DNA of 64,000 bases from Eledone cirrhosa (lineage: Eukaryota), in the NCBI GenBank assembly GCA_964016885.1, contig OZ024746.1, positions 30,194,001-30,258,000 of the forward strand, written 5' to 3'. The notes under the pieces were generated by a model. The model was not told the DNA's origin. It searched no databases and was given only the letters and a program-made list of their open reading frames with translations. Shown piece by piece: positions 1 to 11,273 of this stretch. Position 1 is the first letter of the stretch. Each line of letters starts with the position of its first letter. The translations under genes were made by a program, and so were the position numbers.

Positions 1-539
1 TCTTATCTCTCTCCTGCTAATTGTCTCGTATAATTTGACGATTACGCTCCGTTCTGTCATTCTTCCCTGGGCAATCTATAATCTATTTAGCGTCGTTACT
101 AGCTCTTTGTTCGATCATTCGCAGTTAATATTCTTGAAATACCGAAACCTCGAATTTCATTTGATATCTGTGATATCCTTGGATATCCATATTTACCACG
201 GCTAGCTGAAGATCGGAAATTCTTTGTTCCGTCTGTATCATCCAATATCTGATTTACAGAATCTTTCGACTCTGCTCAGTATTTCCTCTTAACTAACTTT
301 CATATGAATTTACATATAAATGTAATAAAAACAGATTTTCGCTCTACATGGCTGAATACAATAAATGTAATCTGAGTTTTTCAATATTAAAAATAGTATT
401 CGATTCATTTGCAATTATGCAAACAGCCTCTTTTTTAAAGCCATGTCAGTAGAATGAGCCCCTCATTCTTGCTCTTACTCTTGTGTCATTCTAGTGACAT
501 GGCTTGGCCGTTTGCATAATTGCAAACGAATCGAATATT

Positions 540-563
540 ATTTTTAATATTTGAAAAACTAAG

Positions 564-649
<86 letters not shown>

Positions 650-691
650 TATGTATACGTACATACATATATGTATACAGACGTACAGTAG

Positions 692-771
<80 letters not shown>

Positions 772-813
772 CTACTGTACGTCTGTATACATATATGTAT
801 GTACGTATACATA

Positions 814-907
<94 letters not shown>

Positions 908-931
908 CTTAGTTTTTCAAATATTAAAAAT
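540..931. repeat. Near-perfect palindrome centred on a (TA)n tract
   Basis: ATTTTTAATATTTGAAAAACTAAGATTAT from 540 is the reverse complement of the sequence ending at 931. Inner unique arms ~647-697 and ~766-817 are also exact reverse complements. Confidence 0.95.
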
Positions 932-984
932 CCATACGCACACATATATATGTACGTATGGATTCACCGAACATTTATTATAAT

Positions 985-1170
985 TGTTTCTACTTTTGGC
1001 ACAAGGCCAGCAATTACCCAGTACATTACTGGTACTTTATTTTATCGACCCTCTAAGGATGAAAGGCAAAGTTAACCTCGGCGGGATTTGAACTCAGATC
1101 GTAAAGTGACGTAACTCTTTGCGTCAAAGCATGGCGTCCGACCCTCTACCGATACTGCCAATCCACCGCC
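985..1170 (-). mobile_element. tRNA-derived SINE, full length, 13-bp TSD
   Basis: Minus strand begins GGCGGTGGATTGGCAGTATCGG (A box), has B box GAGTTCAAATCC and ends GCCTTGTGCCAAAAGTAGAAACA. TSD CATTTATTATAAT at 972-984 and 1171-1183. Confidence 0.9.
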
Positions 1171-1271
1171 CATTTATTATAATGCTCGGTGTGTTGTAAA
1201 CAAACATCCCGAATTAAGCCGTACAGTGTCTAGCAACCATCGTTGCTCATTTGTTCAACACTGACAAAGGA

Positions 1272-1314
1272 ATGCTGTACTAGTTTCAATCTTATTAGCT
1301 ATCGTCAGCAACGT
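1272..1314 (-). ncRNA. Minimal type I hammerhead ribozyme (one stem II mismatch)
   Basis: Minus strand: cgttg CTGACGA t agct aata agat t GAAA ctag TA cagca. Confidence 0.7.
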
Positions 1315-1710
1315 ATACCATCCTGCCAGATGGTTGAACGTCTGAAAGTATATACTTTCCTTATGCATATTAACGGCTAAGCAGCCTAATTTGCATATCG
1401 AGTGAGTTAATCGGCCGGGGTACTGACAACGATAAACGGAAAAAATGAAACGAAATTTCATTTCTCACTCTTAGTACGGCTGTTACTTAAATATAAGTAA
1501 GTATACATACATATATGTATACAGACGTACAGTAGTATGTATATATATATATATATATATATATACATACATGCACACATATATATATGTACGTATGGAT
1601 TCACCGAACATTTATTATAATGCTCGGTGTGTTTGTAAACAAACATCCCGTATTAAGCCGTACAGTGTCTAGTAACCATCGTTGCTCATTTGTTCAACAC
1701 TGACAAAGGA

Positions 1711-1753
1711 ACGCTGTACTAGTTTCAAGCTTATTAGCTATCGTCAGCAACGT
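1711..1753 (-). ncRNA. Minimal type I hammerhead ribozyme
   Basis: Minus strand: acgttg CTGACGA t agct aata agct t GAAA ctag TA cagcgt. 6-bp stem I, palindromic stem III ACTAGT, GUA cleavage triplet. Confidence 0.8.
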
Positions 1754-1779
1754 ATACCTTCCTGCCAAATGGTTGAACG

Positions 1780-3890
1780 TCGATGGTTGAGGTGTTTGCT
1801 TGGGTGGTCTATAGTAACTCTAATACTGTGGTGGATGGAGAAATGCGTAGAAATGATCAGTGACAGCAATGTTGAATTCCGTGGGATTGATACCAGTGAG
1901 CTGGGACTCCTACTTAAACTTACCTATAGTAATAATTATCTAGACACATATGACCTTAGCAACCTGTGCCCTACAAGACCAGCAAGTGGCAGACCACCTA
2001 CCATTACCTCAATGGCCAAGAAAACCCACACAGATAGATGGAACGGGTGGACCAGAGCCATATGGACCCCCGAAAACCACGATGAACTAAAGAAAATGAT
2101 TGCACATGCGGTGGGGCGAGCATAAAATTAACCCTTAAGGAACATATGTTCAAATTTAATGGCAAAACATATGCCCAAGAGGAGGGAGCAGCCATTGGTG
2201 TTAGCATTGCAGGCGACATAGCTAACCTATTCATGGTATGGTGGGACAGTAGACTTAAACTTAAACTTAAAGAACAATTAGAAGACCCCTTAACCCTGAT
2301 AATGTACTCCTGCTATGTTGATGATATAAACATCGTAGTTAAAACACCCCCACTAGAGAACAGTCAGGAATTATAGAAAAACACAATGGAAAGCATCCAG
2401 CAAATAGCTAACTCCATCCACCAGAGTATTAGAGTTACTATAGACTACCCAAGTAAACACCCCAACCATCGATTACCCGTACTAGACACAGAGCTCTGGT
2501 TAGATACCATTAATAACAAAAAACAAATCCTCCATTCCCATTATGCCAAACCCATGACTTCCAAATATCTGATCCACCGAAACTCAGATGTTTCGGACCA
2601 TACCAAAATCAACATACTGATTGCGGATTTGGTACGGGTGATGAGAAACGTGTCCCGCATGTGCAACCCCGAAGAACTAGAGACACACATACAACACTTC
2701 ATCCACCGTATGCAGTTCTGTGGTTACAATCAGAGAGATAAAATCAGAATATATAGAGTAGCCAGAACCAAATGGGAAAAAATGGTAAATAATGACACAA
2801 ATGGGACCTGCCCCTTGTATAGGAGCAAATTTTGGAATAGAATAGAAAGAACTAGGAATAAGGCTAATAGAATAAAGTCACGGTATGATAGCAATAAATA
2901 CCAGAGTGTAATGTTCATCGATAAAACCCCTAGAGGTGAATTAGCTTACAAATTTAGAAGGGCCCTAGATAAACATAAACTCAATATTAAGATAGTAGAA
3001 AGACCAGGTACCTCCATAAAAACACTTATTAGCAAGACATACCCTTTTCAAAGACCTCCCTGTATAGATAAGAAATGTATAATCTGTAAATTAAGCCCCC
3101 ATATTAACTGTAAAACTAGAAATGTAGTATATAGCATAAGATGTACTGAAGGACAATGTAGAGATAAAAATATAGTCTACATAGGTGAGACAGCTCGTAG
3201 TATAGGGGAACGGATAAACACTGGCGAGACCTAAAAGATAGTAAAGAGTCATCTGTACTCTACCAACAGGCTAAAATAGAACATAAGGTTGAATTAGAGA
3301 ACATAGAAATAAAAATAGAATCTACACACAGAAAAGACGCAATGTTTAGACAAATTACAGAGGCAATAAACATAAATGAATTACAACCAAAATTAAATAG
3401 AAAACATGAGTGGAACAGCAACATCACAACTTACAATTAAGGACAAAATGAAAACACACACACACATAGAACAAACAATCAACCAGTAACATGTAAATAA
3501 ACAGATAAATAAACGTATATAAACGCACACAGACACCCGGATGTAACACATACGGAAACACACACACAAAAACAAGATGGCGTAGTACAGAACAAAGGAG
3601 AGACACAAAAAACAAAGCAAAGAATCCCCAGTCACTGAAGAGGTCACATAATGTGTGACGAAAGAACGTTGACAATATATAAACAACCATCTGGTTGTGG
3701 AACCAACCAACCAACCGGAAATTTATAAATTCCTAAATTTATAAATTTATTATAATAAATTGAAGTGAAAGCAACTGGTGCGTGTGTTTCTTATTGGCAA
3801 CATGACCCTCCCAAAGTATAACAATATCGGTTTCAACACACGTTTTCAGATAAAGAATCTTGCTAAACAAATTCAGAAACGAAATATATA
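1780..3890 (+). mobile_element. Penelope-like retroelement (RT plus C-terminal GIY-YIG), 5'-truncated and degenerate
   Basis: ORF pieces ~1841-2125, 2146-2376 (GAAIGVSIAGDIANLFM, YVDD) and 2386-3234 (CxxC linker, NVVYSIRC, YIGETARS). Frameshifts and an in-frame TAG at 2374. The 3' end abuts (TA)n. Confidence 0.9.
3631..3673 (+). ncRNA. Hammerhead-like motif in PLE 3' region (stem III degenerate)
   Basis: gtca CTGAAGA g gtcaca taatg tgtgac GAAA gaacgt tgac. Core, stem I and stem II are present but there is no canonical NUH. Confidence 0.5.
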
Positions 3891-3965
<75 letters not shown>

Positions 3966-3972
<7 letters not shown>

Positions 3973-4326
3973 ATCAAAAGATGGTTAAAAGAGTTCCAAG
4001 TATTTTATAATGCCCATTTCAAAAACAAATATCATCATGAGATGATATCTGCGTTTTCATCGGATAAAATAGGGATACATGATATGAAGGTTAAAAAACA
4101 CTTGTGAATAGTGAAGTTTTAAATCAACATATCCCTATTTTATCTGATGAAAACGCAGATATCATCTCATGATGATATTTGTTTTTGAAATGCGCATAAT
4201 AAATACTTGGAACACTTTTAACCATCTTTTGATCTTATATTATTTATACTCCAGTCCTACAAACTGTAAAGTGCTACTTATCCGATATTTGCATTGCTTT
4301 ATTGTGCTACAATAAAACTCACCTCC

Positions 4327-4329
<3 letters not shown>
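3966..4329 (+). mobile_element. Short fold-back insert (pLTR-like) between (TA)n tracts
   Basis: Arms ~3966-4077 and ~4130-4240 are inverted. The right arm continues ~90 nt to the next (TA)n. Both arms hold an HHR motif. Confidence 0.8.
4139..4203 (+). ncRNA. Type I hammerhead ribozyme
   Basis: tttat CTGATGA (4144-4150), long stem II gcagatatcatc/gatgatatttgt, GAAA (4187-4190), tgcgca, TA, ataaa. Palindromic stem III ATGCGCAT. Confidence 0.75.
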
Positions 4330-4393
<64 letters not shown>

Positions 4394-4398
<5 letters not shown>

Positions 4399-4979
4399 AG
4401 TATGTGTGTATACGTACATACATATATGTATACAGACGTACAGCAGCATGCACATATACATATACATACATATACATATATATATATATATATACATACA
4501 TACATACATATACATACAGGTACACATACATATATGCACGTATCAGTTTAGCAGACGCTTATTATAACGCCGCTTTGTTCGTTTGTAAACAAACTGAACA
4601 GCCTGAATTTGTATGCCGTACGGTGTTAAGGCAACCACGTCACCTTTTTGTTCAACACTGACACACTTAGCTCACTCGATATGCAAATTAGGCTGCTCAG
4701 CCGTTAATTTTCATAAGGAAAGTATATACTTTCGAACGTTCAACTATCTGGCAGATGGGTATACGGTGCTGATGATAGCTAACAAGCTTGAAACTAGTAC
4801 ATCGTTCCTGTGTCAGTGTTGAACAAAAAGGTGACGTGGTTGCCTTAACACCGTACGGCATAAAAATTCAGGCTGTTCAGTTTGTTTACAAACGAACAAA
4901 GCGGCGTTATAATAAGCGTCTGCTAAACTGATACGTGCATATATGTATGTGTACCTGTGTGTATATCTATGTATGTATG

Positions 4980-5048
<69 letters not shown>

Positions 5049-5170
5049 GTATATGTGCATGCTGCTGTACGTCTGTATACATATATGTATGTACGTATAC
5101 ACACATACTTACATTTAAGTAAGTGCCGTACTAAGAGTGAGAAATGAAATTTCGTTTTCATTTTTTTTTT
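4394..5170 (+). mobile_element. Diverged, circularly permuted copy of the ~440-nt HHR unit with 5' inverted duplication
   Basis: 4666-5165 is homologous to the minus strand of 933-1780. 4394-4665 is the reverse complement of 4809-5114. Flanked by (TA)n. Confidence 0.8.
4764..4804 (+). ncRNA. Minimal type I hammerhead ribozyme
   Basis: cggtg CTGATGA t agct aaca agct t GAAA ctag TA catcg. Predicted cleavage after GUA at 4799. Confidence 0.85.
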
Positions 5171-5198
5171 TAAACTTATATATATATATATATATTTA

Positions 5199-5322
<124 letters not shown>

Positions 5323-5638
5323 AATAAATATATATGTGTGTGTCTAAGTGTGTATCTGTTTTATACTTACATATTCTTTGCTTCATATCTCTTTATATAG
5401 TTATCTTCCATCTAATACACACACTCCGTAAAAACGAGATCACCGATTCATATTCATTACACGACACATATATAGAGGTTATCATTTCTTAGATAAATTT
5501 TCTTTCTACATTTTAGTGTTTAACCTGATTTAATTCCCACAAGTGAATACAATAACTACAGCAATCCTACTATACTTGGGTATGCATGATTATATATATA
5601 TATATGTGTGTGTGTGTCTGTGTGTTTGAGCTTGCGTG

Positions 5639-5683
<45 letters not shown>

Positions 5684-7545
5684 ATATATTCTCATGAGTT
5701 TCTTTATTTGACTATGTATATTATTATTTATAAATGTATTTCATATATATATAGCAAACCCCCCCCCCATAACCTTACTATACAATAGTGCGATTTTTAT
5801 ATATTCATATATTTTTCTCATATATTCTTTAAATGGTAATGACACAATCTATATTGACACTTCCGTTATCTTTACGCTGAGCCAAAATTTTCACACCACA
5901 TTTTGCTGCACTAACCTAGCATATCTTCCTTTTATATATCTACTGGCTCCCCATAGACTAAATGTAAGTAAAATAACTTTTATCACCATATTTCTAAACT
6001 TTAAATAAAATATACTTTTCACAGTTATTTATCTGTCGCCATATTACAACACAACTTTTGTGAAATAAAAAATAAAAGGTAAGGAGCCAGTCGTCAGATT
6101 AGACAAAGAAAACTATCTGTGGGTCGTAATTCTTAGCATAAAAAGGGAGCTGATCATTAAAATGGACCAAGGAAATAATATTTCCATTTTTTTTTTCCTA
6201 TTTGTGTTACTCTCTGTCGGTCACAACTCCTGGTCGAAGGGGGTAGCATTTGAACTCAAAGCACACAGAACCCAAAGATATCACAATATATCCACTCCGA
6301 TTCTTTAAACATTCCGCCAATGGAGAAAAGGCAAAGTCAGCTTCGGTGTGAGTTGAACTCTTGAACAAATACCAACATGTGCACCCTAAACGACTGTATT
6401 AATTCACCGCCTATAACATATACCCACCCTAAGTTGTGTTCATATCCTTTTATCATTTTTTTGCACTCGATCATCTCAATTAAAACACTTTATTCCACGT
6501 TGTTCCAGACACCTCAGAAAAAATGAGTTGAAGCTGTAATTCAAGCGAGGACTGTATTTGTAGTAGAGTGAATATGTCAGTGGAATACTCAGCCACTTAC
6601 AATGTAACATAAGATGGAGTGTATATTTAATTCAAAGAGCCAACCTTGTAACACAGTGTCATGCTGCATCTCTCTAAATATTTTGTTTAGGGTACACATG
6701 TCTTTTGAATGTTCAGCCATTTACCAGATAATTTCATAAGTAACAACTGACATAAACTGGACACTTCTAAACTTCAATAAATATTATTAATATATTTATA
6801 TTTGAAATGTAGTCTTTCTAACGTAAAGTGCTATAATACCGATTACAATAAATAATAGTTGAAAAAAAATTGCGCAAGTACCCCTGGGGAAAGAAAATGT
6901 TTGATTGAGGGACCTGCGTAGTATCGAACCTTACATCTCTCGGATGCCGAGTGTGATGATGCTAAGTAGACTCTGGCTTCTAATAGTTTGTTTTTTAGAA
7001 AAGTTTAAGCCTGTAGCATGACGTTTCTATATCTGACTGACTTAAGAAGTATAGCGACATTTGAAAGAAACAGAAAAAAGTGGACAGAAGTACCAGTCGC
7101 ATGTTAATATTAATACATTTATATTCAAGTGGATTGTTCCGTTTATTCTCAAAAGGCTGAAATCTGTTTCCGACATTGTCTGCCTTTTTGCTTATCATTC
7201 ATTTCATTTGAGACTTATTTTCATTGATTTAGTGAGATATTTTATTGAACAGGTATACGTGAGTATGCTGCCTATATAGAATTGCATTCTAATTTTGTAT
7301 TGAGTTATTTTATCGAGTCATCGTATCCCATTCAAGTTACATTCAGTGATGAGTAGCTGTAATTTATTACTAAGGTGCTGTATTTGTGTTATAATATTTT
7401 GATTATATTTTGTTATTTCTAAAAGCTCTCTTGCTAATATCTGTGAAGGGAATACTCTATTTGGCGTTTGTATCGTCAACTAAATTTTTTTTTCTATTTA
7501 GTGTGTTCTACATTAAAATACTCACATAAATACACACACATGCGC

Positions 7546-7578
<33 letters not shown>

Positions 7579-8914
7579 GAAAATAGACATTAAATGATGA
7601 TATATATATACACATGCGTGTATTTGTGAGTGTGTGTGTACCCTATAGTCACGAAATAGTTCGGTTTCTTTGAAGTAAGTGAGAGAGAACATTACATTTT
7701 TAAAGGAAACGAAATAGGGCTTATGTAATATTTATGCCTCTGCAAAATGGCGGAATGACGTAAATTACATTAAAGTTACACCACAGGGAATCGAACCCAC
7801 ATCACAGACCTCATACACTAGTAAGCTTCCCTACAGCTGTCGCACTTCTATTCATGTTGGTGTTGATACTTGCCTCTAATTGTTTATAGCATATGCCGAC
7901 ATATGAAACACTAATTTCACATGTAGACACATAATACGCCCCCCCCCCCGCATATATATATATATAAGAGAGAAGAGAAAATATGATATTTATATTGTCA
8001 CAAACACACACATATGTGTGTGCATTTGTGTATTTTTTTTCTTTATGTGCGGTCGGTCTTGTGTGTGATCATGTATGTATGTTGTGTGTGTGTACGTGTG
8101 TGATCTTTATTTACGTGTATAGTATGATTGACTTTTATTCCATTTATATTACATAAACAACTGAACTAGGTTTAAACTAGTATGGCGTCAGATCAAATAG
8201 AAGTAAGCTCACAACTCTGATCAACTGAGAAAACCATTACACCACGTTGTGAAGCTCCATTCATCTGCTCGCTTTATGATTAATATGTTTACATATTCAT
8301 ATATTTCTATATATATTGAATCGTTATACCGGGTGGTATCCACATTACGAAATCACAGCCTACAACAAAGCTAATGTTCATAATATTTTCCTTTTGTACT
8401 TCGACAAAGCGCTTGGATTACGTCTCTATACTAAAACCTAATAATAGTAATGTAGCCGCCGCATTAAAATGGTTAAAGGAGGATGTATTTATATAAAGTA
8501 TACATTATATTATGTCAACAACAGTAGAATGTCAAAAGGCTGTACATACACATATGTGCAGTGGCTTGATGAGCAAGAAAAAGCAACCATATCTCCCTCA
8601 TGTTACACATTTCCAGGAATAAAAGTCACTGAAAAATATCACAGGAGAAAAGGTCACAATTTATTTGAATACTATAAACAAAAAAGTCAATTTATTTAAA
8701 TACCACAAAAAGTCAATTTATTTAAATACGACAAAAAGTCAATTTATTTAAAACAGTAGAAATATATATTTATAAAGATATAAGAAAAAATCTATAATCA
8801 CTGTTCTTTCACTAACTAAACAATCAAAACACCAGGTTGAGATGGGTGAATTTTAAATTGGAAAATAGAGTCGCCACAGTGATGAAAACTATAATAATTA
8901 TGTATTTTTATATG

Positions 8915-9035
8915 TGTGAATCGGGAATCAGCAGACAGGACCTGGGGGCACCGATGGGGGACGGAAGGATTCTGGGGCATGAGAGTGAGATCCATCATCT
9001 CGACAGTAGTCGACGAGTGATGATGATGATGATGA
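8915..9035 (+). mobile_element. Probable 3' fragment of an RTE-type LINE
   Basis: Short GC-richer patch ending in a (GAT)n tail like the RTE at 20450, with ATATGTGTG on both sides. Confidence 0.35.
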
Positions 9036-9667
9036 TATGTGTGTGTGTGTGAGAGAGAGAATGCTTATGTATGCGTGTGGTTGTTAGTATGTTTATGGGT
9101 GCTATCGCTGTGTGTGTTTTGATGAGATTATGCGGTTATTAGGTTATGTATGTGGGTATGTGTTTATGCGTGTGTGTGTGCATAAGCTTGTATGGCTTTG
9201 TATCGATCTGTGTCTGTTTATGTACAAATGAGAAGAGAGAGGTGTCTACTATCCACGTTGGAATGGTGTGTAGCGGTCAATAGTAAGATATTTCAGGAAG
9301 TAGTCTTATAGGAGGTGTGAGTGGTGGGGTACTGAACGGAGGTTGGGTGGGGCATATATCACAGAAAGGGGAAGTGGTGAGACTGGCTTAGGAGGTTAGA
9401 GTAGGTGCAAGGGTCACATGATGAGGACTAGATTTGCGTTTCTTTGTGGTGGTGGTGGTGTTACTAGTAGGTGTGTGTGTATGCGATCATGTTAGTTATA
9501 ATGTTAGTTTTGTTGAAGAACTATGTCGGTTTATCGAATTACCAGGTGTATAGGAGTTATTTAGTCGTCTTAGTTCAGTTTATTAGCCGTGTTACAGAAT
9601 ATACCTCTTCAGTTGATTTGTTCACATTTGTCTGCTTCCAGCATAACTTGGGCAATATTTGCCTTAA

Positions 9668-10275
9668 CCTCTCCTTGCTCTCCTTTTATCCTTGCTCTCA
9701 TTTACTCCTTCCTCTCCTTGCTCTTCTTTCTTCATTGCTCTCCTTGTTCTCCTTTTCTCCCTGCTCTCCTTGCTCTCCTTTTCTCATTGCCCTCATTGCT
9801 CCCCTTTTCTCATTGCTCTCCTTGCTCTCCTTTTCTCATTACTCTCCTTGCTCTCCTTAGTCTCCTTTTCTCGTTGCTCTCCTTGCTTTCCTTTTCTACT
9901 TCCTCTCCTTTTATCCTTGCTCCCCTTTTCTCCTTCCTCTCCTTTTATCCTTGCTCTCCTTTTATCATTGCTCTCCTTGCACTCATTTTCTCCTTCCTCT
10001 CCTTGCTCTTCTTTTCTCCTTTTTTCCTTACTCTCTTTGTCTCCTTGCTCTGCTTTTCTCCTTGCTCTACTTGCTCTCCGTTTCTCCTTGATCTCCTTGC
10101 TCTCCTTTTTTTTCATTACTCTCCTTGCTCTCCTTTTCTCATTGTTCTCCTTTTCTCCTTCCTTTCCTTGCTCTCCTTTTCCCCTTACTCTCCTTGCTCT
10201 CCTTTTCCCCTTACTCTCCTTGCTCCCCTTTTCCCCTTACTCTACTTTTTTCCTTTCCTTGCTCTCCCTTTCTTC
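9668..10275. repeat. Degenerate polypyrimidine minisatellite (CTCTCCTTG/CTTTT-based)
   Basis: ~600 bp of almost pure C/T built from reiterated TTGCTCTCC and CCTTTTCTC. Confidence 0.9.
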
Positions 10276-10484
10276 TTGTATCTATGTACTTGTTTATATA
10301 CAAATACAATGAGAAAAGAGGAGCAAAGAAAAATATACAAGCAGGGATAGTGAGGAGAGTTTATATATATATATCTACATATCATATATATATATGTATA
10401 TATGTATATATACATATGTGTATATATACATATATGTATATATACATATATGTATATATACATATATGTATATATACATATATG

Positions 10485-10515
<31 letters not shown>

Positions 10516-11199
10516 GTATATATGTATATATATATATAACTCAATACCGAGTACTCATTTCTCTCAGCTGTCAACCACATACAGATATATGTGGTTGACG
10601 TATAAAGAGGGGGTTGGGAGAGTGTTTTGTATGTTAGATATAGCGAGGGGGAGAATTTGGTGGTTGTAGATATAGAAAAAGGATAATGGGAGAGTGCCGT
10701 GTCGTAAAGACATAGATAGGTTCTCAAATAATAGGAGGGGTAGAAATAAGTGTGTGATGGAGGGGGGGTAATTACTCTTTTACTGTTTTCCCTGTTCCAG
10801 CCATCAGGCTGCGGCCATGTGTATAGGTTACGTTCGTAAATATGGGATTTTTTTGTTCTTTTCTTTTTTGTCGTATGTAATATGTTGTTTTTTTTCATGT
10901 TAAATTCAATAATTAGACCTGAGAGTACGTGAAATATTGACAGACGTAAGAATGAAAAATCGATACCGAAGTAGAGTTTAAATATTCATTTATTATGACT
11001 AAATGATGAGCCGTGTTACTCTGCAGTCTCACCTGAGTAATTACAGGATCATCAGAAAGACAGGTGACCCTGTGAGTGCGCAGTTGAAACTTTAGAGTAA
11101 CACAGCTCACCAATAGCCATAATAAATCAATATATATATATAGAGAGAGAATAAGGAAAAGCGAAGTAGTTTCAGATGTTCAAGTCCTTTAATAATAAT

Positions 11200-11273
11200 G
11201 CTGTGATATATATTTCAATGACGACACTGGCCACACTGTTCTGTGTGCGAGTGTCGTGTCATCATCAGACAGC
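11200..11273 (-). ncRNA. Type I hammerhead ribozyme (mirror copy)
   Basis: Reverse complement of 12447-12520. Confidence 0.8.

Larger units (their letters stand above)
933..1780 (-). mobile_element. Head-to-tail copies of a ~440-nt hammerhead-containing non-coding unit (retrozyme-like or tandem pLTR)
   Basis: ~935-1342 (minus the SINE) is repeated at ~1570-1781. Each copy carries one HHR on the minus strand, with predicted cleavage sites at 1278 and 1717 (439 nt apart). Confidence 0.8.

Noticed and set aside
985-1170. tRNA gene
   Set aside because: A and B boxes are present but there is no cloverleaf; multicopy with TSDs, so a SINE.
8655-8752. Short 24-bp repeats (also ~14500-14595 and ~55290-55480) as CRISPR-like arrays
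   Set aside because: Simple tandem duplications without unique spacers in eukaryotic DNA.
9589-10350. 253-aa Cys/Ser/Pro-rich ORF and overlapping ORFs
   Set aside because: Arise from the stop-free polypyrimidine repeat.
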